Shown here: one piece after another, positions 30,685 through 38,091 of the stretch
Layout of the letters: each line of letters begins with the position of its first letter
Position numbering within the stretch: the stretch's first letter is position 1
DNA from: a virus
Lineage: Duplodnaviria; Caudoviricetes
Length of the DNA: 42,161 nucleotides
IMG/VR virus record: IMGVR_UViG_3300028585_000518
Span: 1-42,161 of that record
Strand: one strand, 5' to 3'
The notes under the pieces: generated by a model
Database searches by the model: none
Told to the model about the DNA's origin: nothing
What the model saw: the letters and a program-made list of their open reading frames with translations, nothing else
Program-made: the position numbers and the translations under genes

Positions 30685-32414
30685 CGAAGATCGCCCAGTT
30701 GGGCTCTTCGACACACCTCGCGGGGTCTTCGGACCCCCTTCGAGACGACTTCAAGACCTTCCTCTTCCTGATCTGGACCTTCCTGAACCTGCCCGAGCCG
30801 ACCCGGACGCAATACGTCATGGCCGAGTGGCTCCAGAACGGACCCGAGAAGCTCGTGATCGAAGCCTTCCGGGGCATCGGGAAGAGCTGGGTGACGGCAG
30901 CCTATGTCTGCTGGCTGCTCTACCGCGATCCGCAGCTCAAGATCATGGTCGTGTCCGCCTCCAAGCTCCGGGCCGACGACTTCTCAACCTTCACCCTGCG
31001 GCTGATCGAGGAAATCCCATTCCTCCAGCACCTCCAGCCCAAGCAAGGCCAGCGGTCCTCCAAGATCGCCTTCGACGTGGGCCCCGCGCGGGCCGATCAG
31101 TCGCCCTCCGTGAAGTCCGTGGGCATCACCGGGCAGCTCACCGGGTCCCGTGCTGACGTTATCATCGCGGACGACATTGAGGTCACGAACAACTCGGCCA
31201 CGCAGGGGATGCGGGACAAGCTGAAAGAGCTCACCAAAGAGTTCTCGGCTATCCTCAAGCCCCTGCCCTCATCGAAGATCATCTATCTGGGCACTCCCCA
31301 GACCGAACAGTCGATCTACAACGGGCTCCCCGAGCGCGGCTATGAGATCAGGATCATCCCCTCCAAGTATCCCACGCCCGTCCAGACAGCCCGCTACGGG
31401 CCCCGTCTAGCGGCCTACTTGGTGGCGGAGCTGGAGCAGGACCCCACCCTTGCGGGCAAGCCCGTATGCACCCGGTTCAACGCCGAGACGCTCATGGAGA
31501 AGATGGCCGAGTATGGTCAGGCAGGGTTCGCCCTCCAGTTCATGCTCGACACGTCGCTTGCTGACGCCGACCGCTACCCGCTCAAGCTCTCGGACATGAT
31601 GTTCATGGACTTGGACAAGGAGCGCGGTCCCGTGCAGCTTGCATGGGCCAATGACCCGGCCCTCGTGATCCAAGAGGTGCCCATCGTGGGCTTCGACGGG
31701 GACAAGGCATACCGCCCCATGATGGTCAGCAAGGATGAGTGGCTGCCATACACCGGGATCGTCATGGCTATCGACCCCTCGGGGCGCGGTGGTGACGAAA
31801 CTGGATATGCCATCGTGGCGATCCTGAACGGGCGGCTCTTCCTGCTGGACGCCGGGGGGTTCTCGGGCGGCTATGAAGATGCCACGCTGGAGTCCCTCGC
31901 ATACAAGGCCAAGGAGTATGGCGTCCGGGAGATCATCATCGAACCCAACTTCGGGGACGGCATGTTCAACAAAATCCTGGGCCCGGTTATCAACCGCATC
32001 TACCCCTGCAAGATCAGCGAAACCGAACGGTCGAAAGGCCAGAAGGAACAGCGGATGGTGGACACCTTGGAGCCTGTCCTGAACGGGCACCGTCTGGTGG
32101 TCGATAGGGGGCTGCTGGAGCGGGACTACAGGAGCACGGAGCAACTCCCCCCGGAGAAGCAGAACCGCTACCGCCTGTTCTTCCAGCTCACCCGTGTGAC
32201 GCGGGATCGTGGCGCTCTGGTCAAGGACGACAGACTGGATGCCGTGGCGATGGCCGTCCACTACTGGACTTCGGCAATGGCCCGCGACGTGGAGAAGGCA
32301 GCCGAACAGACACGCGCAGAGGCCCTCGACAGGGAGCTTGAAAACTTCATGCGCCACGTTGTCGGAGGTGCCCCTATGGCCCTCTCAATCATCGACAGGG
32401 GCTTCCTTCGGTGA
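30681..32414 (+). CDS. Terminase large subunit (gp19-like)
   Basis: AFRGIGKSW, GQLTGSRAD, YLGTPQ, IDPSGRGGDE, DDRLD. Confidence 0.98.
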   Translation: MTKIAQLGSSTHLAGSSDPLRDDFKTFLFLIWTFLNLPEPTRTQYVMAEWLQNGPEKLVIEAFRGIGKSWVTAAYVCWLLYRDPQLKIMVVSASKLRADDFSTFTLRLIEEIPFLQHLQPKQGQRSSKIAFDVGPARADQSPSVKSVGITGQLTGSRADVIIADDIEVTNNSATQGMRDKLKELTKEFSAILKPLPSSKIIYLGTPQTEQSIYNGLPERGYEIRIIPSKYPTPVQTARYGPRLAAYLVAELEQDPTLAGKPVCTRFNAETLMEKMAEYGQAGFALQFMLDTSLADADRYPLKLSDMMFMDLDKERGPVQLAWANDPALVIQEVPIVGFDGDKAYRPMMVSKDEWLPYTGIVMAIDPSGRGGDETGYAIVAILNGRLFLLDAGGFSGGYEDATLESLAYKAKEYGVREIIIEPNFGDGMFNKILGPVINRIYPCKISETERSKGQKEQRMVDTLEPVLNGHRLVVDRGLLERDYRSTEQLPPEKQNRYRLFFQLTRVTRDRGALVKDDRLDAVAMAVHYWTSAMARDVEKAAEQTRAEALDRELENFMRHVVGGAPMALSIIDRGFLR

Positions 32415-32680
32415 GCTGGGGCACACCCACCGAGATCGAGCGGAGGAGGCGCATACGAGTCGCTCTGTGGGCCTACGCCTATGAGGAGCACAGCGTCTCC
32501 CTCGTGTCGGACGCAGAGTTCGATGAAGAGTGCCTCAAGGTGAACCTAAAGCAATCCACGGGGGACCGTAGGATGGACAACTGGTTCCGCAAGACGTTCT
32601 CCCCGCACACGGGCCAATGGGTCCACAACCACCCCAACAGGACGGGGCTGGAGCGGCTCTACCGCCTACTGACCACCTGA
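32411..32680 (+). CDS. Small protein resembling the NAD-dependent ligase N-terminal (Ia) segment
   Basis: AYAYE....VSDAEFD resembles LigA YY....VSDAEYD; GTGA coupling. Confidence 0.55.
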   Translation: MSWGTPTEIERRRRIRVALWAYAYEEHSVSLVSDAEFDEECLKVNLKQSTGDRRMDNWFRKTFSPHTGQWVHNHPNRTGLERLYRLLTT

Positions 32681-32841
32681 CTGACCGGGCCCTCGCATGG
32701 CCCCTGTATGACCTCCTCTGGGGGCTGTATGGGGATCATGTGGGGGCCCTATTTTTTTCATGATGGAAGGGGCTCCGTGGACGTGGTGCCTTGACAAGTG
32801 CTCGTTGCCTTCCCCTGCGGGGGACTGTGGGGACCGAATCA

Positions 32842-32859
32842 ATTACCCCACCGTTTAGG
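32842..32859 (+). promoter_or_regulatory. Phage RNAP promoter, copy 4 (phiOR-like, pointing into the terminal repeat)
   Basis: Exact motif; no gene downstream before the genome-end region. Confidence 0.9.
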
Positions 32860-33161
32860 AGGAGGACCCCCTTTACATACCTATGGATGATATATGTGGG
32901 GTAGTAAGGGATGACCAATGTGGGGTCCTAGCCGTGCTACAGCGGGGAGCACCACCACTCCGTCCATCCCTCATACACCCCTGACGGGATGAACAATGTA
33001 GGGTCGATCCCTCCCACCTCCTCACCTCGGGCTACGCCCTCGGCAAGGAGGTCAACCCCTTGACAGCAAATGACATTGGCCCTGTGGCTTTGAGGTCTAT
33101 GCGACAGCACACCGCTTTGACAAACCGAAATAATTGAGACGAAAAAATCCGAGGCACTGAC

Positions 33162-33431
33162 CTCGACTGGTGAGGAACGCGCGTCCCCCCGTGCCCCCGC
33201 GCGGTAATAGCTCCCACGCGCATCATGATCGCCCGCGCGGACATAGCTCCCGCCCGCGTCTTTGCCTTGCAAGTCACACATTTGGGCACTCCTCAAGGCT
33301 AACCCATTGTTATCATTAGGTTCCCACCAGATGCTACATCTGTCGCCCTAGCATTGGGCACCACTAGGCCACCAATCGGGGCACCACGGGGCACCTAATA
33401 GGTCACACATGCTGACCTTCTCTGTCCTTCT
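33162..33431. repeat. Probable terminal direct repeat, single collapsed copy, boundaries approximate
   Basis: Preceded by AAAAAATCCGAG, contains CCCCCCGTGCCCCC, ends TCTCTGTCCTTCT|ATCTGTT like T7 TCTCTGTGTCCCT|ATCTGTT. Confidence 0.55.
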
Positions 33432-33438
33432 ATCTGTT
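33431..33438 (+). terminator. Class II / concatemer-junction pause signal TATCTGTT
   Basis: Matches the T7 HATCTGTT element in the equivalent position. Confidence 0.7.
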
Positions 33439-33458
33439 TTGTTATCTTATCACATTGC

Positions 33459-33725
33459 ACCCATCGGCCACCCATAGGCCACCACTAGGCCACCACGGGG
33501 CATCCCTGCCCGCGATCCCACTAGGCCACCCATAGGCCACCCATAGGCCACCCATAGGCCACCACGGGGCACCAATCGGGGCATCACGGGGCACCAAATC
33601 AGCCCCATATCGGGACCATATAGGCCACCACGGGGCACCAATCGGGGCATCACGGGGCACCAAATCAGCCCCATATCGGGACCATATAGGCCACCACGGG
33701 GCACCAATCGGGGCATCACGGGCAC
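33459..33725. repeat. Genome-end repeat array: 11-bp CCCATAGGCCA-type units and a 66-bp tandem repeat (~2.6 copies)
   Basis: 66-bp units start at 33555, 33621 and 33687. Confidence 0.92.
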
Positions 33726-33795
33726 AATATCGCATAATAAAACACTGCCGGATCAACCACTTACAAGATAATCGCCCTTGGTCACAATTTTCTTG

Positions 33796-33824
33796 TTGCA
33801 ATCATCCCGACAGCGGGCCTATCT
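33796..33824 (+). promoter_or_regulatory. Host sigma70-type early promoter TTGCAA-N17-CTATCT with an operator copy (33805-33818) in the spacer
   Basis: Resembles alphaproteobacterial TTGAC-N17-CTATAT; AT-rich upstream; at the start of the early region. Confidence 0.65.
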
Positions 33825-34094
33825 ATGTCTCACCGAAAGGGACCACGGCAGACGGCGGGAACGCCAGAGCAGGACCCGGACGGGCAGACCCTAGCAACTG
33901 CGCCACCACGGCTGAACGGGCTAGACGGACATTAAGTGGGAAAACCGGGAACCATAGGCCCACCCTGACGACCGCAAGGACAAGCGGGAAAGGCGCGACA
34001 GGCGAAAGCGGCAGTCTAGCGTCAACCGGAACGAAAGGGACAGGCGAAAGCGGCAATCCCAACGACGACACGAAGACACGACACGACCAAATCA

Positions 34095-34108
34095 TCCCGT
34101 TAGCGGGA
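34095..34108. promoter_or_regulatory. Operator-like palindrome copy (TCCCGTTAGCGGGA)
   Basis: Preceded by ATCA. Confidence 0.75.
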
Positions 34109-34109
34109 C

Positions 34110-34121
34110 CGCTCTTTGAAA
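34110..34121 (+). promoter_or_regulatory. boxA-like antitermination element
   Basis: CGCTCTTTGAAA resembles rrn/lambda boxA. Confidence 0.6.
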
Positions 34122-34217
34122 CTGTTGGAACCCTACGCCTAGCGGCTTGCCGCGATAATGGCCTTCGATAGGGCAGGAAAGCGCCGCGACAATCACGCGG
34201 GGCAACGCTCCTGCCCA

Positions 34218-34274
34218 TTGGTTCGGGTGCTGATGCTGCATCCCTGATGATGCCCTAGCAGGGGCGAAAACCAA
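34218..34274 (+). ncRNA. Type III hammerhead ribozyme 1; predicted cleavage after C34224
   Basis: UUGGUU-C | GGGUGC-UGAUGCU-GCAUCC | CUGAUGA-U | GCCCU-AGCA-GGGGC | GAA-AACCAA; all three stems pair. Confidence 0.92.
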
Positions 34275-34287
34275 CGGAGTGACGGAC

Positions 34288-34479
34288 ATGACGAAGAGAA
34301 GACGGGCAACGGTCCAAGTCTATGAGCAGAAGACAACGCGGGAAGGGATTGCGATCCGCGAGACTTTCCTCGGTGGGTTTGAGGTGCGCGTGGTCAACTG
34401 GTCCCGCCCCACGAAGAGAAGACGCTACACGGGCAGGTTCGCCCGTCTCTGGTCCAAACTGGACTATTGGCTCCGCTAG
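34288..34479 (+). CDS. First early gene, 63-aa basic protein between the two ribozymes
   Basis: GGAG RBS at 34276, ATG 34288; Arg-rich. Confidence 0.7.
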   Translation: MTKRRRATVQVYEQKTTREGIAIRETFLGGFEVRVVNWSRPTKRRRYTGRFARLWSKLDYWLR

Positions 34480-34486
34480 GGGCCGC

Positions 34487-34539
34487 GTGTCGGGGCATGA
34501 CGCTTGCCCCCTGATGATGGTCTAGCAGGACCGAAACAC
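34487..34539 (+). ncRNA. Type III hammerhead ribozyme 2; predicted cleavage after C34491
   Basis: GUGU-C | GGGGCA-UGACGCU-UGCCCC | CUGAUGA-U | GGUCU-AGCA-GGACC | GAA-ACAC; stems covary with copy 1. Confidence 0.92.
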
Positions 34540-34572
34540 CCGCCATTATTGCGCCTCTGTGCGCCCAAATCG

Positions 34573-34586
34573 TCCCCATAGCGGGA
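34573..34586. promoter_or_regulatory. Operator-like palindrome copy (TCCCCATAGCGGGA)
   Basis: Preceded by ATCG; just upstream of the RBS of the 34605 gene. Confidence 0.7.
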
Positions 34587-34604
34587 CATTCAACGGAGCA
34601 TGTC

Positions 34605-35060
34605 ATGCACCTTTCGCCAATCTATCGCCGCGCCACCCATGCCGAATATCTGGCATCGCTGGATGCCTCCAGAAGACAACGCGGGGACGCTGGCCTTTGC
34701 GTGGCGGACCCTGACAGCGGGGCAGACCTGTTCCTCTCCGCTGACGGTCTGTCTGGCTATGCGCTTGAAGGTGGGAACCTCGGGTCCGTCTTTTCGTCCG
34801 CTAAAGGTCGCCTCTCGGGTATGATCCGGGACGCCAAGAGCCGCGCCAGAAGAGCGGGCGAACATGCCCTCAAGATCGACTGTTTTGAGCCCCTCGCGGT
34901 GGTCTATGAGCGTCACGGGTTTGAGCGTTGTTCGACGCTTGCCTTTGACTGGGCATATGCCCCGGCTGGCTGGACCAAACGCCACGGAGAGCCGGACGTA
35001 GTTTTCATGTCCCTTCCGATTGTCCAGATCGTCCCGGTAGCGGGACAGATAGCGGCCTGA
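34605..35060 (+). CDS. Early protein, possible GNAT-like fold
   Basis: GGAG RBS; IDCFEPLAVVYERHGF resembles the GNAT Y...GF motif. Confidence 0.7.
   Translation: MHLSPIYRRATHAEYLASLDASRRQRGDAGLCVADPDSGADLFLSADGLSGYALEGGNLGSVFSSAKGRLSGMIRDAKSRARRAGEHALKIDCFEPLAVVYERHGFERCSTLAFDWAYAPAGWTKRHGEPDVVFMSLPIVQIVPVAGQIAA
35032..35045. promoter_or_regulatory. Operator-like palindrome copy (TCCCGGTAGCGGGA) inside the 3' end of a CDS
   Basis: Preceded by ATCG. Confidence 0.7.
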
Positions 35061-35125
35061 CGGTCAAGAAGTGGGCCCTCGCGGGGGTCCATCACTGGAA
35101 CGTCACAAACAAAAGGATTGGACGG

Positions 35126-35290
35126 ATGAAAGCTGGAGAACGTCTCTGGAATGGCGTCATCGCCTCTCAATGGCTGGCTGACGCATACAACGCCACCACG
35201 GCGCGGATTGAACGCTTTGAGGCCGAGGGCCGCACCGTGCCCGAAGAGCTGTTGAACGGTCGGCACAACCTGATCGCGGGGGCCGTGTGA
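35126..35290 (+). CDS. Early hypothetical protein (54 aa)
   Basis: Translated by hand (MKAGERLWNG...); AAGGA RBS. Confidence 0.6.
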   Translation: MKAGERLWNGVIASQWLADAYNATTARIERFEAEGRTVPEELLNGRHNLIAGAV

Positions 35291-35451
35291 TGCGGCGCTT
35301 CAAAACCTACACCCGCCACGGGTTCTTCATCAGCCGCACGGGTGGGCCGGATGCCCCTTGGGTGGGTCGCCGCGATGACGGCTTGAAGTTCCGCGCGGAC
35401 ACTTTGCGGGGTGCCTTCGACTTCGCCCGCGAGTGGAAGGACCACCCGTGA
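35290..35451 (+). CDS. Early hypothetical protein (53 aa)
   Basis: Translated by hand (MRRFKTYTRH...); TGATG coupling. Confidence 0.55.
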   Translation: MRRFKTYTRHGFFISRTGGPDAPWVGRRDDGLKFRADTLRGAFDFAREWKDHP

Positions 35452-35533
35452 CCGCCCCCAGAACCCCCACTTCGGACCCCTGCGATGACTGGTCCGTGAC
35501 CCTCTTTCCTTGGCTCAAAAGGAGCGCCCAGAA

Positions 35534-36127
35534 ATGACCGTCTATGCGAACGAACAAGCCCGCCAAGTGAACGAGTGGCAACTGACGAAGGACCTCCTCG
35601 CGGCCTTCGGGGCGGCGCGTGACGAAGACCGGATGGACTTCGGGGACGGGCTCCTCTGCACCCTTCGCCGGGGGCACGGGGCCGACTGGCACAAGATCGA
35701 GTTCCACTTCTGGCTGCGGGGTCTGCAAAAGGACCTGCCCGACACCCAATACTGGGGCGGCTTCCCGTCCCCGTCCATCAGCGCCAAGCGCCCCTTCAAG
35801 TCCATCGTGGTGGACCTGCGGAAGCGCGGCCTTGAGGTGGCCCAAGAGGTCGCCAAGGAGAAGCGCGTGAAGATCGCAGAGCGGCAAGCGCGGACGGATG
35901 AATTGCGGGCGCATATGCAGGTCCTGCGGGACGCCTATCCGGGCCTTGAGGTGCGCCAAGAGCGGGACACCGACGCCAGCGCCAAGGTCTACTGGAACAA
36001 GTCCGGCACGGGATACATGACGGGGACCCTCTACCATGACGGGGACCTCCACCTTGAGCGGGTCCGGGTCGCCAAGGGCAACGCCACGCTGATCCTCGAC
36101 GCGGTGACGAAGGAGGGCCGGGAATGA
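35534..36127 (+). CDS. Early hypothetical protein
   Basis: AAGGAG RBS, ATG 35534. Confidence 0.8.
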   Translation: MTVYANEQARQVNEWQLTKDLLAAFGAARDEDRMDFGDGLLCTLRRGHGADWHKIEFHFWLRGLQKDLPDTQYWGGFPSPSISAKRPFKSIVVDLRKRGLEVAQEVAKEKRVKIAERQARTDELRAHMQVLRDAYPGLEVRQERDTDASAKVYWNKSGTGYMTGTLYHDGDLHLERVRVAKGNATLILDAVTKEGRE

Positions 36128-36537
36128 GCAAGAACGCCCAGCTTGAGTGCTTCACCCACGCCTACATCACTTGCGCCCTCTGGTCCTCCACGGATGGCGA
36201 GGGGACGCCTCTGGATGACGGGCGGGACGCGGATGATCTGGCCCCCGAGACGTTGGTGAAGATGCAAGCCGATTGCGCGATCTTCTACGCCCGTCACGAA
36301 GGCGCGATCCAGTGTGACGGGGCACCCATGTCCCGAGAGGACCTCACGGCATCCGAGAGTGAACGCAAGGCGGCAATGGCGGGGCACGACTTCTGGCTGA
36401 ACCGCAACGGGCACGGCGCGGGGTTCTGGGACGGAGACTGGCCCGAACCCCATGCGACCGCACTAGACAAGGGATGCGCGGTCTTCCGCCCCTGTGACCC
36501 CTACGTTGGTGATGACGGCCTGATCTATCTCGCATGA
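36124..36537 (+). CDS. Early conserved phage protein of unknown function
   Basis: Y..CALWSS and GHDFWLNRNGHGAGFWD motifs; ATGA coupling. Confidence 0.8.
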   Translation: MSKNAQLECFTHAYITCALWSSTDGEGTPLDDGRDADDLAPETLVKMQADCAIFYARHEGAIQCDGAPMSREDLTASESERKAAMAGHDFWLNRNGHGAGFWDGDWPEPHATALDKGCAVFRPCDPYVGDDGLIYLA

Positions 36538-36623
36538 CGCTCTTGGAGTGCGCCCTACGGGGCCCACCGCTGGATCGTCACGACGACCCTGAACCCACCC
36601 ACATAGCTACAAAGGAGAGCATC

Positions 36624-37019
36624 ATGGGACGTTCTGTTTCCTATCCGCACGGCGCGTTGGTCGCCTTCACCCATGTCCACGACGAGGACGACACCGACGA
36701 TTGCGCTTGGCTTCTTGAGTTCTGGCGCGAGATGGCCCAACGCCTCTGGCCGAGCCTCCGTGAGGTGGACACATGGCGGGGCCGCGAGGATCACGTCATC
36801 GCCCGCAACGGGCTCGTGGAGTTCGGCGTGAGCGAGTATTGCGGGCTGGTCGCAATATGGCTGGTGGAGCGCACCGATCTGGACACGGCGGGGCAAGAGG
36901 CGCTCGCAACCCAATGGATCAAGTCCGTCGCCCCGAGGTTCCGCAAGACCTTTGGGACGCTCCGCAAGGTTGGAACCTTCTCGAACGGCGAAGGCATCTT
37001 CGAGCGGGTGGCAGCATGA
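36624..37019 (+). CDS. Early hypothetical protein
   Basis: AAGGAG RBS, ATG 36624; SEYCG and TFSNGE motifs. Confidence 0.8.
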   Translation: MGRSVSYPHGALVAFTHVHDEDDTDDCAWLLEFWREMAQRLWPSLREVDTWRGREDHVIARNGLVEFGVSEYCGLVAIWLVERTDLDTAGQEALATQWIKSVAPRFRKTFGTLRKVGTFSNGEGIFERVAA

Positions 37020-37222
37020 CCCGCAAGGATTACGAGACGCTCGCCCAAACCTTCGCCAAGGAGGTCGCGGTCTGGACCGGGGTGCCATACGCGAACATGC
37101 GCCTACGGGCTATCGAAAGCATGGCGGCGCGGCTCGCCAATGCGCTACAGGAGGACAACCCACGGTTCGACGTGGGGCTGTTCATGACGAACTGCGGGTT
37201 CTCCCAAGGGAGGGCCGCGTGA
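37016..37222 (+). CDS. Early hypothetical protein
   Basis: MTRKDY...DNPRFD..F...C pattern; ATGA coupling. Confidence 0.75.
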   Translation: MTRKDYETLAQTFAKEVAVWTGVPYANMRLRAIESMAARLANALQEDNPRFDVGLFMTNCGFSQGRAA

Positions 37223-37314
37223 TGATTCTGTTTATCGAGATCGTCTCGTGGATCATCAATGGCGTCATAGTAATCGGTGCCGTCATTACGATCTGGCAAG
37301 CGATCACCCTCTGA
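37222..37314 (+). CDS. 30-aa membrane microprotein
   Basis: GGGAGG RBS; single hydrophobic helix. Confidence 0.5.
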   Translation: MILFIEIVSWIINGVIVIGAVITIWQAITL

Positions 37315-37377
37315 CCAATTTTTTAAGGGTGATCTGCGGCTTATTAGAACGAATCAGGGTCAAGCGCATATAGTCGT

Positions 37378-37406
37378 TTGACTCAATGAAACCGATTACC
37401 TAATAC
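37378..37406 (+). promoter_or_regulatory. Candidate host promoter for the lysogeny module (TTGACT-N17-TAATAC)
   Basis: In an AT-richer intergenic gap; degenerate operator copy at 37417-37430 just downstream. Confidence 0.4.
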
Positions 37407-37423
37407 GCCCCGATTATCCCGCT

Positions 37424-37642
37424 ATGGAGACTATTGTGGACCGTAAAAATCTCGGAGCGGTGAACGACCTAAACCAGACGGTCGAGTTCATTATGCAAGC
37501 AATCAAAGGGCTTGCGGGCGATGTTGACCTAGATGACCCGGAAGTTCAGCAATATATAAACTGGGCCCGGAGAAAGCTGACCCCCCTAGACAAATCGTCC
37601 CACTATGGGGCACAGGTAAGGAAGAAGACGCGAAAACCCTAG
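37424..37642 (+). CDS. Hypothetical protein in the lysogeny module
   Basis: 72-aa ORF, AT-richer codon usage, no clear RBS. Confidence 0.6.
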   Translation: METIVDRKNLGAVNDLNQTVEFIMQAIKGLAGDVDLDDPEVQQYINWARRKLTPLDKSSHYGAQVRKKTRKP

Positions 37643-37655
37643 TCGGAGTTTTGAC

Positions 37656-38087
37656 ATGGTTGCCGATGAACACACACCAAAGAACGATAACCCCCCGAAC
37701 GCCGTTATAGGTGCAAGGGTGGTCCCGAAGGAGGAACAGGTCCGCAGCGATATGCGCGGTCTGTTGCGAATACTGGAAATCGTAAAATCGGACTTTCCCC
37801 AAATGGAATTGCCGCAGCTTGCGGTATTCCTCGCGGTGGTCACTGAACCGGGGGTCGCCACACAAGACCTCCTCGGCACCGTTGGCCTCAAGCGTTCCGC
37901 CCTCTCGCGCAACGTGAAGGCCCTCTCGGAGCTATCCTATCTGACCGATGATGACGGCGATCCCCGCCCCGGCCTCGGCCTCATCACACAAATCCCGGAC
38001 CTAGAAGACGCCCGAGTCTTCCACTTGGCCCCCACCAAACCCGGCTATTCGTTTGCGAAAAAACTAAGCCGGATGATGAAAGGATGA
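37656..38087 (+). CDS. MarR-like winged-helix regulator (candidate repressor)
   Basis: QLAVFLAV..EPG....L...VGL..SALSRNVKAL...GLI......DAR; adjacent to integrase. Confidence 0.8.
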   Translation: MVADEHTPKNDNPPNAVIGARVVPKEEQVRSDMRGLLRILEIVKSDFPQMELPQLAVFLAVVTEPGVATQDLLGTVGLKRSALSRNVKALSELSYLTDDDGDPRPGLGLITQIPDLEDARVFHLAPTKPGYSFAKKLSRMMKG

Positions 38088-38091
38088 CCCT

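Larger units (their letters stand above)
33831..34224 (+). ncRNA. Candidate structured early leader RNA (promoter to hammerhead 1 cut site)
   Basis: No credible ORF; nested stems, GNRA/CUUG tetraloops, duplicated 17-nt module. Confidence 0.5.

Noticed and set aside
33459-33725. CRISPR-like array
   Set aside because: Units are directly tandem with no unique spacers, and there are no cas genes
32700-33801. ORFs in the genome-end region (32736-32918, 32937-33296, 33442-33801, minus strand)
   Set aside because: Low-complexity translations of repeats and noncoding terminal DNA, opposite to the genome's orientation
33825-33935. 36-codon ORF at the start of the leader
   Set aside because: Its ATG lies right after the -10 element, upstream of the likely start site, and has no RBS
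33936-33990. Possible third hammerhead (stem GTGGG/CCCAC, then CTGACGA-CC-GCAA-GG)
   Set aside because: Followed by ACAA instead of GAAA, with no stem III or UH site; treated as part of the leader structure
33835-34045. GGA-rich stretch as a CsrA/RsmA sponge
   Set aside because: About 11 GGA is not clearly above expectation for such G/A-rich sequence, and the ANGGA-in-loop context is inconsistent
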